Shown here in pieces: positions 9,278-18,227 of a stretch of DNA of 64,000 bases. The stretch's first letter is position 1, and every line of letters starts with the position of its first letter. The position numbers and the translations under genes are program-made. The stretch comes from Agriterribacter sp. (GTDB lineage: Bacteria > Bacteroidota > Bacteroidia > Chitinophagales > Chitinophagaceae), in the NCBI GenBank assembly GCA_047601125.1, contig JASGJY010000001.1, positions 913,344-977,343 of the forward strand. Reading direction: 5' to 3'. The notes beneath the pieces are model-generated. The model was not told the DNA's origin and did no database searches. It saw only the letters and a program-made list of their open reading frames with translations.

Positions 9278-9376
9278 AACGAAGATTTAAATTTTTCACA
9301 TAATCTGTTGCGGAAGCACAGAGCCGGCTGTAAATCCCTGACAACGGTACAGCAGGTATTATTAACTGATCCGATA

Positions 9377-9404
9377 TTTCAAATTTGAAATTTCAGATCT
9401 CAAA
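9377..9404. repeat. 4 x heptamer TTTNAAA-like
   Basis: tttcaaa tttgaaa tttcaga tctcaaa, ending 10 nt before rplQ ATG. Confidence 0.75.
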
Positions 9405-9414
9405 TTAAACAGTC

Positions 9415-9951
9415 ATGCGTCACGGAGACAAAATCAACAATCTTGGCAGAACAGCATCGCACAGAAAAGCGCTGTTAAGCAATTTAGCCAATGCATTACT
9501 GGTAAACAAACGTATCGTAACTACACTTGCAAAAGCTAAAGCTTTAAGAGTGTTTGTAGAGCCGCTTATTACCAAAACAAAGAAGAACGAGAACAAAGAG
9601 CAGATCAGCCACAACCATCGTTTGGTGTTCAGCGCTTTGAATAACAAGGAAGCAGTAAAAGAATTATTCACTGTAATTGCTCCTAAAGTTGCAGGTCGAC
9701 CCGGTGGTTATACCCGCATCATTAAATTAGGAAAACGTATTGGTGATAATGCTGAAACGGCTTTAATTGAACTGGTTGACTTTAATGAAGTATACGGTAA
9801 AGGCACAGAAAAAGCTGCAACCGGCACAACCAAGCGTACACGCCGTGCAGGTGGTGGTAAAAAGAAAGCAGAAGCAAAAGAAGAAACCGCTGCTGAAGTA
9901 AAACCTGAAGCCTCTTCAACAGAGGCTGCTGAAGAAGCAAAACCCGAGTAG
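9415..9951 (+). CDS. rplQ: 50S ribosomal protein L17 with acidic/Ala-rich C-terminal extension
   Basis: [20 protein letters not shown]...[12 protein letters not shown]. Confidence 0.99.
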   Translation: MRHGDKINNLGRTASHRKALLSNLANALLVNKRIVTTLAKAKALRVFVEPLITKTKKNENKEQISHNHRLVFSALNNKEAVKELFTVIAPKVAGRPGGYTRIIKLGKRIGDNAETALIELVDFNEVYGKGTEKAATGTTKRTRRAGGGKKKAEAKEETAAEVKPEASSTEAAEEAKPE

Positions 9952-9970
9952 CAGAATATCTTATATTGTA

Positions 9971-10003
9971 AAAGGTAGCATCGATCTGGTGTTGCCTTTT
10001 TTT
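9971..10003 (+). terminator. intrinsic terminator after rplQ
   Basis: aaaggtagca...tgttgccttt stem (G-U pairs) followed by a T run. Confidence 0.65.
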
Positions 10004-10078
10004 GTTTTAATAACCTGTGTACAAATTACCTCTTGCAAAACCGCTCAAATTGCTTTTCTTTGCAAAATTTTTGTTTAC

Positions 10079-11179
10079 ATGCCTGATACTCAAAAACGCG
10101 AAGCTATACTCCTGCTTGAAGATGGAAATGTATTTCGTGGGGAAGCATTTGGAAAAATTGGTACAACTACCGGTGAAATTTGTTTTAATACTGGTATGAC
10201 GGGTTACCAGGAAGTATTTACCGACCCCAGCTATTACGGGCAGGTAATTATAATGAATGCGGTACATATTGGCAACTATGGCGTTAAAGCCGCTGATGTA
10301 GAGAGCAATTCAGTGAAGATCAGAGGACTGATTGCCCGCAATCTTGAAGAAAGGTACAGCCGTCTCCAGGCAGATAATTCTTTGCAGCAATACCTTGAAT
10401 CACAAAATATTGTTGCTATTCACCAGGTTGATACCCGGGCACTGGTAGCGCATATACGCACTGCCGGCGCAATGAACTGCATTATCTCATCAGAAATTAC
10501 TGATGTAAATGAGTTGAAAAAGCAATTGGATAAAGTGCCTTCAATGGATGGACTTGAACTGGCTTCAACCGTTTCTACAAAAGAAGTATATGAAGTAGGA
10601 AACCCACATTCTTCCGTAAGGATTGCTGTATATGATTTCGGCGTAAAGAAAAATATATTGACAAGCCTTGCTGAAAGAGGGGCGCATATAAGAGTATATC
10701 CCGCAAAAACACCACTGAAAGAAACAGAGGATTTTAACCCGCATGGTTATTTTATTTCCAATGGTCCCGGCGACCCCGCGCCAATGGACTATGCTGTAAA
10801 AACAGTAAAGGAAATTCTTAAAAAAGATAAACCGCTTTTTGGTATCTGTCTTGGTCACCAGTTGCTGGCACTGGCTAATGATATTCCTACTTTTAAAATG
10901 CACCACGGTCACCGCGGATTGAACCACCCGGTAAAAAACCTGGTTACAGGCAGAAGCGAGATCACTACACAGAATCATGGTTTTGGTGTTGATCCGGAAG
11001 CTGTAAAAAAATCTGACAGGGTTGAAATTACACATGTGAACCTGAATGATGATTCCATAGAAGGTATCCGCATAAAAGGTAAACCTGCATTTTCCGTGCA
11101 ATATCATCCTGAGTCAACACCGGGCCCACACGACAGCAGATACCTGTTTGATGAGTTTATAGCAATGATGAAGAATTAA
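10079..11179 (+). CDS. carA: carbamoyl-phosphate synthase small subunit (start reassigned to ATG 10079)
   Basis: GEICFNTGMTGYQEVFTDPSY, SNGPGDP, GICLGHQ, SVQYHPE. Confidence 0.97.
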   Translation: MPDTQKREAILLLEDGNVFRGEAFGKIGTTTGEICFNTGMTGYQEVFTDPSYYGQVIIMNAVHIGNYGVKAADVESNSVKIRGLIARNLEERYSRLQADNSLQQYLESQNIVAIHQVDTRALVAHIRTAGAMNCIISSEITDVNELKKQLDKVPSMDGLELASTVSTKEVYEVGNPHSSVRIAVYDFGVKKNILTSLAERGAHIRVYPAKTPLKETEDFNPHGYFISNGPGDPAPMDYAVKTVKEILKKDKPLFGICLGHQLLALANDIPTFKMHHGHRGLNHPVKNLVTGRSEITTQNHGFGVDPEAVKKSDRVEITHVNLNDDSIEGIRIKGKPAFSVQYHPESTPGPHDSRYLFDEFIAMMKN

Positions 11180-11185
11180 GGGGAA

Positions 11186-11339
11186 GGTTTAGGGAGTAAG
11201 GTGTAGGGTGTAAGGTATAGGGCGTAAAGTGTAACGTTGGGATGAATAAACTATAAAGAAACTATATGTGAAATCCCAGTTGTCGGCTAAAACCTGACAG
11301 CTGATACCTGAAACCTGATACCTGACCGCCGATAGCTTA
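11186..11339. repeat. heptamer arrays: GGTGTAR-type x7 and (A/T)ACCTGA-type x7
   Basis: ggtttag ggagtaa ggtgtag ggtgtaa ggtatag ggcgtaa agtgtaa; aacctga cagctga tacctga aacctga tacctga ccgccga tagctta. Confidence 0.8.
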
Positions 11340-11367
11340 ACACTTTTGATTTATCAACTACTGAAAA

Positions 11368-11784
11368 ATGAAAATAGCCATCATTAACGGGCCTAATTTA
11401 AACTTACTCGGCACAAGAGAACCGGGCATATACGGTAGTCAGACTTTTGAGCAATTCTACTCAGAGTTAAAAAAGAAATATCCCGGCATCAGTTTCAGCT
11501 ATTTTCAAAGTAATGTAGAAGGAGAATTGATCAATGAGCTGCAGCGCGTTGGCTTTGATTTTGATGGTATTATTATAAATCCCGGTGGATATACGCATAC
11601 ATCAGTAGCGATAGGTGATGCGATAGCATCTATTAAAACGCCGGTGATAGAAGTGCATATTTCCAATGTGCATGCAAGAGAAGATTTCAGGAAGATATCT
11701 CACATATCTGCCAAAAGCAGGGGCACCATAGCAGGATTAGGTTTGAAGGGATATGAACTGGCTGTGGAATTTTTTAAGGCTTAG
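11368..11784 (+). CDS. aroQ: type II 3-dehydroquinate dehydratase
   Basis: INGPNLNLLGTREPGIYG, INPGGYTHTSVAI, EVHISN...REDFR. Confidence 0.97.
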   Translation: MKIAIINGPNLNLLGTREPGIYGSQTFEQFYSELKKKYPGISFSYFQSNVEGELINELQRVGFDFDGIIINPGGYTHTSVAIGDAIASIKTPVIEVHISNVHAREDFRKISHISAKSRGTIAGLGLKGYELAVEFFKA

Positions 11785-11791
11785 AGCAGAA

Positions 11792-11898
11792 GGTGGAAGG
11801 TGTAGGGTAGAAGGTAAAAGGTGAAAGGTGAAAGGTGTAGGGTGGAAGGGCGACATAACCACAAACTACAAACCAAAAACTTTAAACCACAAACCACA
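11792..11898. repeat. heptamer arrays: GGTGRAA-type x8 then AACCACA-type x6
   Basis: ggtggaa ggtgtag ggtagaa ggtaaaa ggtgaaa ggtgaaa ggtgtag ggtggaa; aaccaca aactaca aaccaaa aacttta aaccaca aaccaca, between convergent aroQ and plsC-like gene. Confidence 0.85.
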
Positions 11899-11905
11899 AA
11901 CAGCC

Positions 11906-12667
11906 TCACCTTCTTATCCAACTTGCTTTATAATCTATCAGTTTCTTTTCCATTATCAAAAACACTTTATGCTTTAGCCCAGGAAGATCGCTGATGGTCA
12001 ATCCGTCAACAGGAATTTCTTCTAAAAATACTGACCTGCTTTTTCCGGGATTAAGTGTCAGAAATCCCTTGTATGGCATCCTGTCATAGGCATCCAGGAA
12101 TAAAACGGGTTTAATGGGAGTTTGTGTTTCAATAGCAATGCGGCAAGCGCCATCATAAAATGATTTAAGCGGTTCACCGGTTTCATTAAATGTTCCTTCC
12201 GGAAAAATTAAAATAGATATACTTTTTTGCAAAACACTGATCAATTTTTTTACACTGTTCGATCTGTCTGAGGCATTATCCCTGTCAACAGTTACGATAG
12301 CATTTTTATAGATGTAACCGAATACAGGCACTTTTGTCATTTCCACTTTGCCTAACGGTCTTAAAGGTTGCCTGAATGTTTTCACTATGATAGCCGCATC
12401 AAGATAGGAAATATGATTGGTTACAAATATGTATGCTTTCTTTTTGTTGTGCGGTGTTTCATAATAATTTTTGTGAAATATGCCAACAAGCGGGAACCAT
12501 ATATCTGCCCACAACATACATAACCGGTAAATAATATTTCCGCTAAATACAGGGTTTAAAAAAGATGCAATAATTACAAAAGGAAAGATAACAAGCATTA
12601 ATCCAATGAACAGGAGCAACGCATATATATTATACAGGAATAATAAAATTTTCAGAGCCGCTTTCAT
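11906..12667 (-). CDS. plsC: 1-acyl-sn-glycerol-3-phosphate acyltransferase family
   Basis: NHISYLD (NHxxxxD) and IFPEGT motifs. Confidence 0.85.
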   Translation of the reverse strand: MKAALKILLFLYNIYALLLFIGLMLVIFPFVIIASFLNPVFSGNIIYRLCMLWADIWFPLVGIFHKNYYETPHNKKKAYIFVTNHISYLDAAIIVKTFRQPLRPLGKVEMTKVPVFGYIYKNAIVTVDRDNASDRSNSVKKLISVLQKSISILIFPEGTFNETGEPLKSFYDGACRIAIETQTPIKPVLFLDAYDRMPYKGFLTLNPGKSRSVFLEEIPVDGLTISDLPGLKHKVFLIMEKKLIDYKASWIRR

Positions 12668-12760
12668 GTGTTTGTTTGAAACTATTTTTTGTTTTGATCG
12701 GCAGAGCAGTCAATAACATACTATTGTTACATTAAGCATGAAATGTGAGGTGCTAAAGCG

Positions 12761-12840
12761 TACCATAACTACAAACGCAAACCTCGTACCTTAGGCCCTC
12801 CACCCTATACCTTCTTCCTTCCACCCTCCGCCTTTCACCC
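12761..12840. repeat. degenerate heptamer array, C-rich complement of the 11792 block
   Basis: ccctccaccctataccttcttccttccaccctccgcctttcaccc. Confidence 0.6.
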
Positions 12841-12847
12841 CATTTCC

Positions 12848-13243
12848 CTACTTACAATCACACTGCCATTCTTCACTTACATCAATAACGGTAATTACCA
12901 CCATGCCACGCTGCGAGGGTGCGAATATAATGCGCACATGCTGATTATCGCCGGTATAACCTTCTAAAGCGTATTTGGGATCAGGTTTCGAGTTTAGCTG
13001 GCTTTTTTTATAATTGATCGTTCCGCTACGTAGTATTTGTTTTACCTCGTCTTCATCAATATGCCTGCAGCCCATTCGGCATCTCGCGTGTTTGGTGTAA
13101 ATAACGGGAGTGAGATCCCTGTTGAAGCCTTCATCATGAGTAACATCGTTATGCTGCCTTGTAACGGGGTAATATTGCCATACAAGAAGAACGATCACTA
13201 ATAGCGCAATGCCTGCAAGTAATCGTGAAGCCTTCCTGTTCAT
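12848..13243 (-). CDS. DUF4258-like membrane-anchored protein
   Basis: N-terminal TM; YTKHARCRMGCRHI, VITVID. Confidence 0.7.
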   Translation of the reverse strand: MNRKASRLLAGIALLVIVLLVWQYYPVTRQHNDVTHDEGFNRDLTPVIYTKHARCRMGCRHIDEDEVKQILRSGTINYKKSQLNSKPDPKYALEGYTGDNQHVRIIFAPSQRGMVVITVIDVSEEWQCDCK

Positions 13244-13249
13244 ATTATA

Positions 13250-14125
13250 TTATACAGATGCAAGAATGCCTGCGAGCGTGAGTAATTCTGTTTGTTTATA
13301 TTGCACAGACTCTTCTTCAAAGCATTTGGCGAACTCTTCGCACAAAAATTGTATGATGGCTTTGTTAGACATAGGCTTAAAAAATAAAGGATTTTCCGGA
13401 ACCGATATTTTTTTGAAATAATTATCTACATCTTTCTGAGTGTATATATGTCCGTTCATCGGATCTATATAAAAATGAATACCGGTGGTTGTTTCTTTCT
13501 GCGGATTAAAATATTCATACGAAGTATCAAAATATGCAAGCAGGTACTGACGTGGGATTTTAATTACCTTAACCGGTATATCAAGCATTTGGCAAAGCAC
13601 CTGGTATATAACACCGTTTATGATGGAATTGCCTCTTTTAGTTTCAATAACTTTATTCAGTAAGAATTCTTCATGATGCTGGTAGGATATTTCTACACCT
13701 TTATACTTGTGATAGGTAAAAAAAATGCGATTTAAAATATTGATCTGTTCCAGCGCAGTAAGGTAACTGTTTAGCTCAAGCCATATATTGCGCCTGATCT
13801 TTTCTATTTCCTGGTAAACAGCTGTATTTATAAGGTCGGGGTATTGGTATCTCGACACGAGCAGTGCGCCGGCAATCAGGTCCTGTGCGCCTGCTTTTGT
13901 AAATTCGGAAAATTCCTGTTGCAGATCCTGGTAATGCAACCTGTGAATGAGGAGCTCAATTTTCTCCTGCACATTCTCATCAGGAGTATTCTCCCATAAA
14001 TGTTCAAGATTAGGGATAATAAGTTTACCATAGCTGATGATCCTGTCGCTAACTGTTTCAAACACATCTTTGTCTGGGTCATCTATCAGTGTCATTAAAG
14101 CCGATATTTCGCGGGTTTCTTCCAT
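13250..14125 (-). CDS. SirB1/transglutaminase-like (Transglut_core2) family protein
   Basis: LLNKVIETKRGNSI...FYIDPMNG pattern. Confidence 0.75.
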   Translation of the reverse strand: MEETREISALMTLIDDPDKDVFETVSDRIISYGKLIIPNLEHLWENTPDENVQEKIELLIHRLHYQDLQQEFSEFTKAGAQDLIAGALLVSRYQYPDLINTAVYQEIEKIRRNIWLELNSYLTALEQINILNRIFFTYHKYKGVEISYQHHEEFLLNKVIETKRGNSIINGVIYQVLCQMLDIPVKVIKIPRQYLLAYFDTSYEYFNPQKETTTGIHFYIDPMNGHIYTQKDVDNYFKKISVPENPLFFKPMSNKAIIQFLCEEFAKCFEEESVQYKQTELLTLAGILASV

Positions 14126-14301
14126 AAGATGTAAAGCTGTTAGTTATAAGACGAATGAAATCCGCTTTTATTGTAGCGGCATTGCGCAAATAAATATCGC
14201 TTTCAGGAAGACATTGCTGCTTTATTTTTTTCCACATAGGGTGGACAACTGCGGCTTTAAAGGCTAACAGTACAACGACAATTTAAATTTGGTGGCAGCT
14301 A

Positions 14302-14556
14302 TTATTTCTTTTTTGCCGTTTTTTTTGCTGCTTTTTTAGGCGCTGCTTTCTTAGCAACTTTCTTTTTTGCCGTTTTTTTTGCAGGTGCTTTCGGCACTTT
14401 TGCACCTTCTTTTCTTGCTTCAGAAAGCCCGATGGCTATAGCTTGCTTGGGGTTGGTTACTTTTTTGCCGCTTTTACCGCTGCGCAATGTACCTTCTTTC
14501 ATTTCTTCCATTGCTCTTTTTACTTTGCTTTGAGATTTTTTTGAATACTTTGCCAT
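14302..14556 (-). CDS. DUF6496-type small basic protein with histone-H1-like tail
   Basis: VTNPKQAIAIGLSEARKEG core; KKTAKKKVAKKAAPKKAAKKTAKKK tail. Confidence 0.8.
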   Translation of the reverse strand: MAKYSKKSQSKVKRAMEEMKEGTLRSGKSGKKVTNPKQAIAIGLSEARKEGAKVPKAPAKKTAKKKVAKKAAPKKAAKKTAKKK

Positions 14557-14677
14557 AATACATGTTTTAACAGTTATGCATAAAAATTTGTGCCATTAAA
14601 ATGCTGGCTGCTCTTTGCAAATAACATTCTTGTATTTACAATATTGTAGAATGTAATCCTCACATTGACGCAATACT

Positions 14678-15412
14678 TCACTTAGTTTCCTTTTTAAGCC
14701 AGGTGTTAAGCCAGTTGATATTTTCAATGGCCGCTGCTGTGGCAGTATTGTTGAAGTAGATAAACACCTCTTTCAGCGTTTTGTGGCTGGTTAATTTGTT
14801 TGCAATTGCTTTAATAAATTGTTCATCATATTTTGAATAGTACAGCTTTGGCACGCCGTGAAATCTGTAGTACGCAATTTTGTTATTGATGATCACATCA
14901 TCCGGCAGGGAAGGATGGCTTATGCCGGAAAATATAATATCATGCCTGCCCAACACCTCGTATACATCGCTGCGCCACCAGCCTGCATCCCTGAATTCAA
15001 CCACCGTTTTTTTAACCCTTTGCGATAATGCTTTAATAATGAGCTGCAGCCGCTCATCTGAGTAAGAAAATGAAGGCGGGAACTGAAAAAGTATCAGTGC
15101 TAATTTTTCCTGCAACCCGTTTTGTATAATGTTATAGAATTCATCCAGTATAGTTTCACAATCTTTCAATTGTTTATAGTGGGTAACCAGGCGGGGTGCC
15201 TTTACACAAAAGCTGAAATTTTCCGGGCTGGCGTCATACCACTTTTGCAGATTTTCTGCCACAGGCATTTTATAAAAAGTTCCATTCAATTCAATGGAAT
15301 TATACCTGGCAGCATAGTAAGCAAACCAGTTTTTTTGAGCCAGTCCTTTAGGATAAAAAATATCCTTCCACTCCCTGTAATAAAATCCTGAACAGCCTGT
15401 ATGCCATTTCAT
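14678..15412 (-). CDS. DUF72 (YecE) family protein (start reassigned to 15412)
   Basis: TGCSGFYYREW...FYP, IELNGTFY, LFQFPPSF, YYRFHG, YFNN. Confidence 0.9.
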   Translation of the reverse strand: MKWHTGCSGFYYREWKDIFYPKGLAQKNWFAYYAARYNSIELNGTFYKMPVAENLQKWYDASPENFSFCVKAPRLVTHYKQLKDCETILDEFYNIIQNGLQEKLALILFQFPPSFSYSDERLQLIIKALSQRVKKTVVEFRDAGWWRSDVYEVLGRHDIIFSGISHPSLPDDVIINNKIAYYRFHGVPKLYYSKYDEQFIKAIANKLTSHKTLKEVFIYFNNTATAAAIENINWLNTWLKKETK

Positions 15413-15529
15413 AACGGTAATATGTATCCTATAAATAACAAAAATGCTGCCATGCAAATACAGGGATTAAATGCAACAAAAAAGGAAACAGCTTCCTGTT
15501 TCCTTTCAGACATAGTGTTATTACCCGGT

Positions 15530-17020
15530 TTAGTCTACTTTAGTAATTTTAAGCAGGTTGGTAGGTAAATGCAGGTGTACGGGTATGCTGCCTGTATTTA
15601 CTACAGTATCGCCTGTTTTAAGAAATCCTCTTCCTTTTAAAATCTGTATCATATCATATATGATCTGGTCAATGTTTTCTTCTTCATCATAAAAGAAGGC
15701 GCGCACACCCCAGCTAAGGCTTAGCTGGTTTACCAGTGACCTTTCTTTAGTAAAAATATACAAAGATGATTTTGGCCGGTAGCTGCTCACCACCCATGCG
15801 GTGTAACCACTTTGCGTCATGGCAATTAGCGCTTCTGCATTAACATCCCGGGCTATTTTACATGCATTGTAGCAGATAGCATCACTATGGAAAGAAGGAG
15901 AGTGAGGTTGCGGCTTCAAATCATCTTCCCGGTTATAGTTGTATTCTTTTCTTTCCACTTCAAGAATGATTTTACGCATGGTTTCAACCACCAGCACAGG
16001 ATGCTGCCCTGTCGCTGTTTCACCACTCAGCATCACCGCATCTGCGCCATCCAGTACGGCATTGGCAACATCGGTAATTTCGCTGCGGTTAGGTTTAATA
16101 CGATCAATCATGCTTTCCATCATTTGCGTAGCCACAATTACCGGCTTACCACGATGGATGCATTTACGTACTATATCTTTTTGTATCAACGGCACCTGCT
16201 CAACAGGAAGCTCAACACCCAGGTCACCACGTGCTACCATCACGCCGTCAGATTCCAAAATTATTTCGCGAAGATTAACAATGGCTTCAGGCATTTCTAT
16301 TTTTGCCATTACCTTGCTCTTGCTCTTATTTTCCTGTAGTATTCCTTTTAAAATTTTAAGGTCATCAACCCTTCTTACAAAAGAAAGGGCTATCCAATCC
16401 ACTTTATGTTCTATCATAAAGTCGAGATCTGCCAGATCTTTAGGTGTTAATGCAGGAAGCGATATTTTAGTATCAGGCAGGTTTACTCCTTTTTTGGGAA
16501 GTAAAATACCAGGCATGGTAACTTCTACTTTTACATCATTTGTCTTGGTAACTTCTACTACCTTTACTTCAATCTTACCATCATCAATCAAAATTTTGTT
16601 ACCGATTTCCACATCTTTGGCAAGGTCAGGGTAGGAAACATATATCTTCTCTTTTGTGCCAATACATTTTTCATTGGTAAAAGTGAGAATATCGCCGGGT
16701 TTCAATGGCATTGATCCACCCTCAATTTCTCCTACTCTTAATTTAGGTCCCTGCAGATCTCCAAGTATGGAAATATTATAGGGTTCGGTAGAGTTGATCT
16801 GGCGGATATGGTTTATTATCTTTAATTTATCTGCATGATCGCCGTGCGAAAAATTCAAACGGAACACATTTACACCGGCTTTGGTAAGTTCCAGCAGCTT
16901 TTCATATGTATCACAAGAAGGGCCAACCGTTGCAACAATCTTTGTGCGATGAAAAGCATGTTCAAGACCAGCTTGCTTATCCATGTCTTCATGCAGATAT
17001 TTGGAAATGTTTTTCGACAT
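15530..17020 (-). CDS. pyk: pyruvate kinase
   Basis: RTKIVATVGP, RLNFSHG, MVARGDLGVE, ATQMMESM, DAVMLSGET. Confidence 0.98.
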   Translation of the reverse strand: MSKNISKYLHEDMDKQAGLEHAFHRTKIVATVGPSCDTYEKLLELTKAGVNVFRLNFSHGDHADKLKIINHIRQINSTEPYNISILGDLQGPKLRVGEIEGGSMPLKPGDILTFTNEKCIGTKEKIYVSYPDLAKDVEIGNKILIDDGKIEVKVVEVTKTNDVKVEVTMPGILLPKKGVNLPDTKISLPALTPKDLADLDFMIEHKVDWIALSFVRRVDDLKILKGILQENKSKSKVMAKIEMPEAIVNLREIILESDGVMVARGDLGVELPVEQVPLIQKDIVRKCIHRGKPVIVATQMMESMIDRIKPNRSEITDVANAVLDGADAVMLSGETATGQHPVLVVETMRKIILEVERKEYNYNREDDLKPQPHSPSFHSDAICYNACKIARDVNAEALIAMTQSGYTAWVVSSYRPKSSLYIFTKERSLVNQLSLSWGVRAFFYDEEENIDQIIYDMIQILKGRGFLKTGDTVVNTGSIPVHLHLPTNLLKITKVD

Positions 17021-17074
17021 ATTATTCTTTTATATTAAAATCTGAAATCTTTAAAAAAGGTTCGGAATATAGTA

Positions 17075-18061
17075 TTATGATGCCAGTATTTTCACGATTT
17101 TCAGCCATTCGGGATCGATGGTTTGTGTTTCTTTTACTGCCTGATCCAATGGTGTATAATGTAACTGGTTATTTACAATACCAATCATGGTATTTACTTT
17201 GTCGCCTTGTATAAGTGTTTCAACAGCTGCATATCCAAGCCTGCTTGCAATCAGCCTGTCGAGGCATGATGGCGCGCCGCCACGTTGAATGTGGCCGAGT
17301 ATGCATACTTTAATATCAGCATTAGGTAATTTTTGTTTTACCAGTTTGGCTACTTCATTGCCGCCGCCAAAGTCGTCGCCCTCTGCAACTACTAAAAGGT
17401 TCACCAGCTTTTTTCTTCTTTCTTTTTCCTGTAATGAGCTGATGAGTTCTTCTATATCCGTTTTATGTTCGGGAATAAGTATATTTTCCGCACCGGTGGC
17501 AACACCACTATGAAGAGCGATATAGCCTGAATCACGTCCCATTACTTCAATTATAAAAAGCCTGTCGTGCGCATCAGCGGTATCGCGTATTTTATCAATA
17601 GCTTCTACAGCGGTATTTACAGCAGTATCAAAACCAATGGTAAAATCGGTTCCCGCCATATCTTTATCTATAGTACCGGGTAAACCAATGCAAGGGATGT
17701 CAAATTCCGATGAAAATTTTTGCGCGCCGCGAAAAGAGCCGTCACCTCCGATTACCACCAGCCCGTCAACACCTAATTTCTTTAAATTCTCGTATGCTTT
17801 TTTTCTGCCTTCAGGTTCAAAAAATTCTTTGCAGCGGGCCGTTTTTAAAATGGTGCCTCCGCGCTGAATAATATTGGCAACGCTGCGGTTTTCCATTTTA
17901 TACATATCATTGTCAATCATACCCTGGTAACCACGTACAATGCCAAATACCTCAAGTCCGTAATAATTACCTGTGCGTACTACTGCTCTTATTGCTGCAT
18001 TCATGCCCGGTGCATCTCCGCCCGAAGTTAATACCCCGATTTTAGTAACTTTCTTTTTCAT
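17075..18061 (-). CDS. pfkA: ATP-dependent 6-phosphofructokinase
   Basis: TSGGDAPGMNA, GGDGSF, PGTIDKD, EVMGR, GHIQRGG. Confidence 0.98.
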   Translation of the reverse strand: MKKKVTKIGVLTSGGDAPGMNAAIRAVVRTGNYYGLEVFGIVRGYQGMIDNDMYKMENRSVANIIQRGGTILKTARCKEFFEPEGRKKAYENLKKLGVDGLVVIGGDGSFRGAQKFSSEFDIPCIGLPGTIDKDMAGTDFTIGFDTAVNTAVEAIDKIRDTADAHDRLFIIEVMGRDSGYIALHSGVATGAENILIPEHKTDIEELISSLQEKERRKKLVNLLVVAEGDDFGGGNEVAKLVKQKLPNADIKVCILGHIQRGGAPSCLDRLIASRLGYAAVETLIQGDKVNTMIGIVNNQLHYTPLDQAVKETQTIDPEWLKIVKILAS

Positions 18062-18144
18062 TCGTTTAAAGCTTGTCTCAAATGATTAAAAATCATTCAA
18101 AGGGCAATTGCAATTTTTGAAAATAACCTCTTTTTAAGAAGCGC

Positions 18145-18152
18145 CAAAAATA
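18145..18152 (-). promoter_or_regulatory. -7 promoter element for pfkA-pyk
   Basis: TATTTTTG on minus strand about 85 nt upstream of pfkA ATG. Confidence 0.5.
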
Positions 18153-18227
18153 CACAATTACAATCATTTCCCAATTTTAGATTATAGGTTTAATGATTTT
18201 GTAATTTGTGCCTTTTAGCACGTATAC

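Noticed and set aside
9305-9353. H-type pseudoknot upstream of rplQ
   Set aside because: The crossing helices would have a zero-length loop 3, which is sterically unlikely; kept only as alternative pairings
9989-10078. Long N-terminal extensions in the ORF track (carA, folP, ndk, sdaA, DUF72, trxA, mmcQ)
   Set aside because: They run through terminators or promoter elements and precede the family-typical starts; starts were reassigned
10079-11784. carA without carB, and stand-alone aroQ
   Set aside because: Scattered pathway genes are normal in Bacteroidota
11186-11898. Repeat arrays as possible CRISPR
   Set aside because: 7-bp degenerate tandem units with no unique spacers and no cas genes
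15887-16634. 150-aa and 231-aa plus-strand ORFs opposite pyk
   Set aside because: Antisense shadows of a conserved gene; no motifs. The same applies to 7051..7401, 8284..8625, 10565..11107, 21948..22574, 33252..35267, 45953..46381, 60792..61226 and the other short overlapping ORFs.
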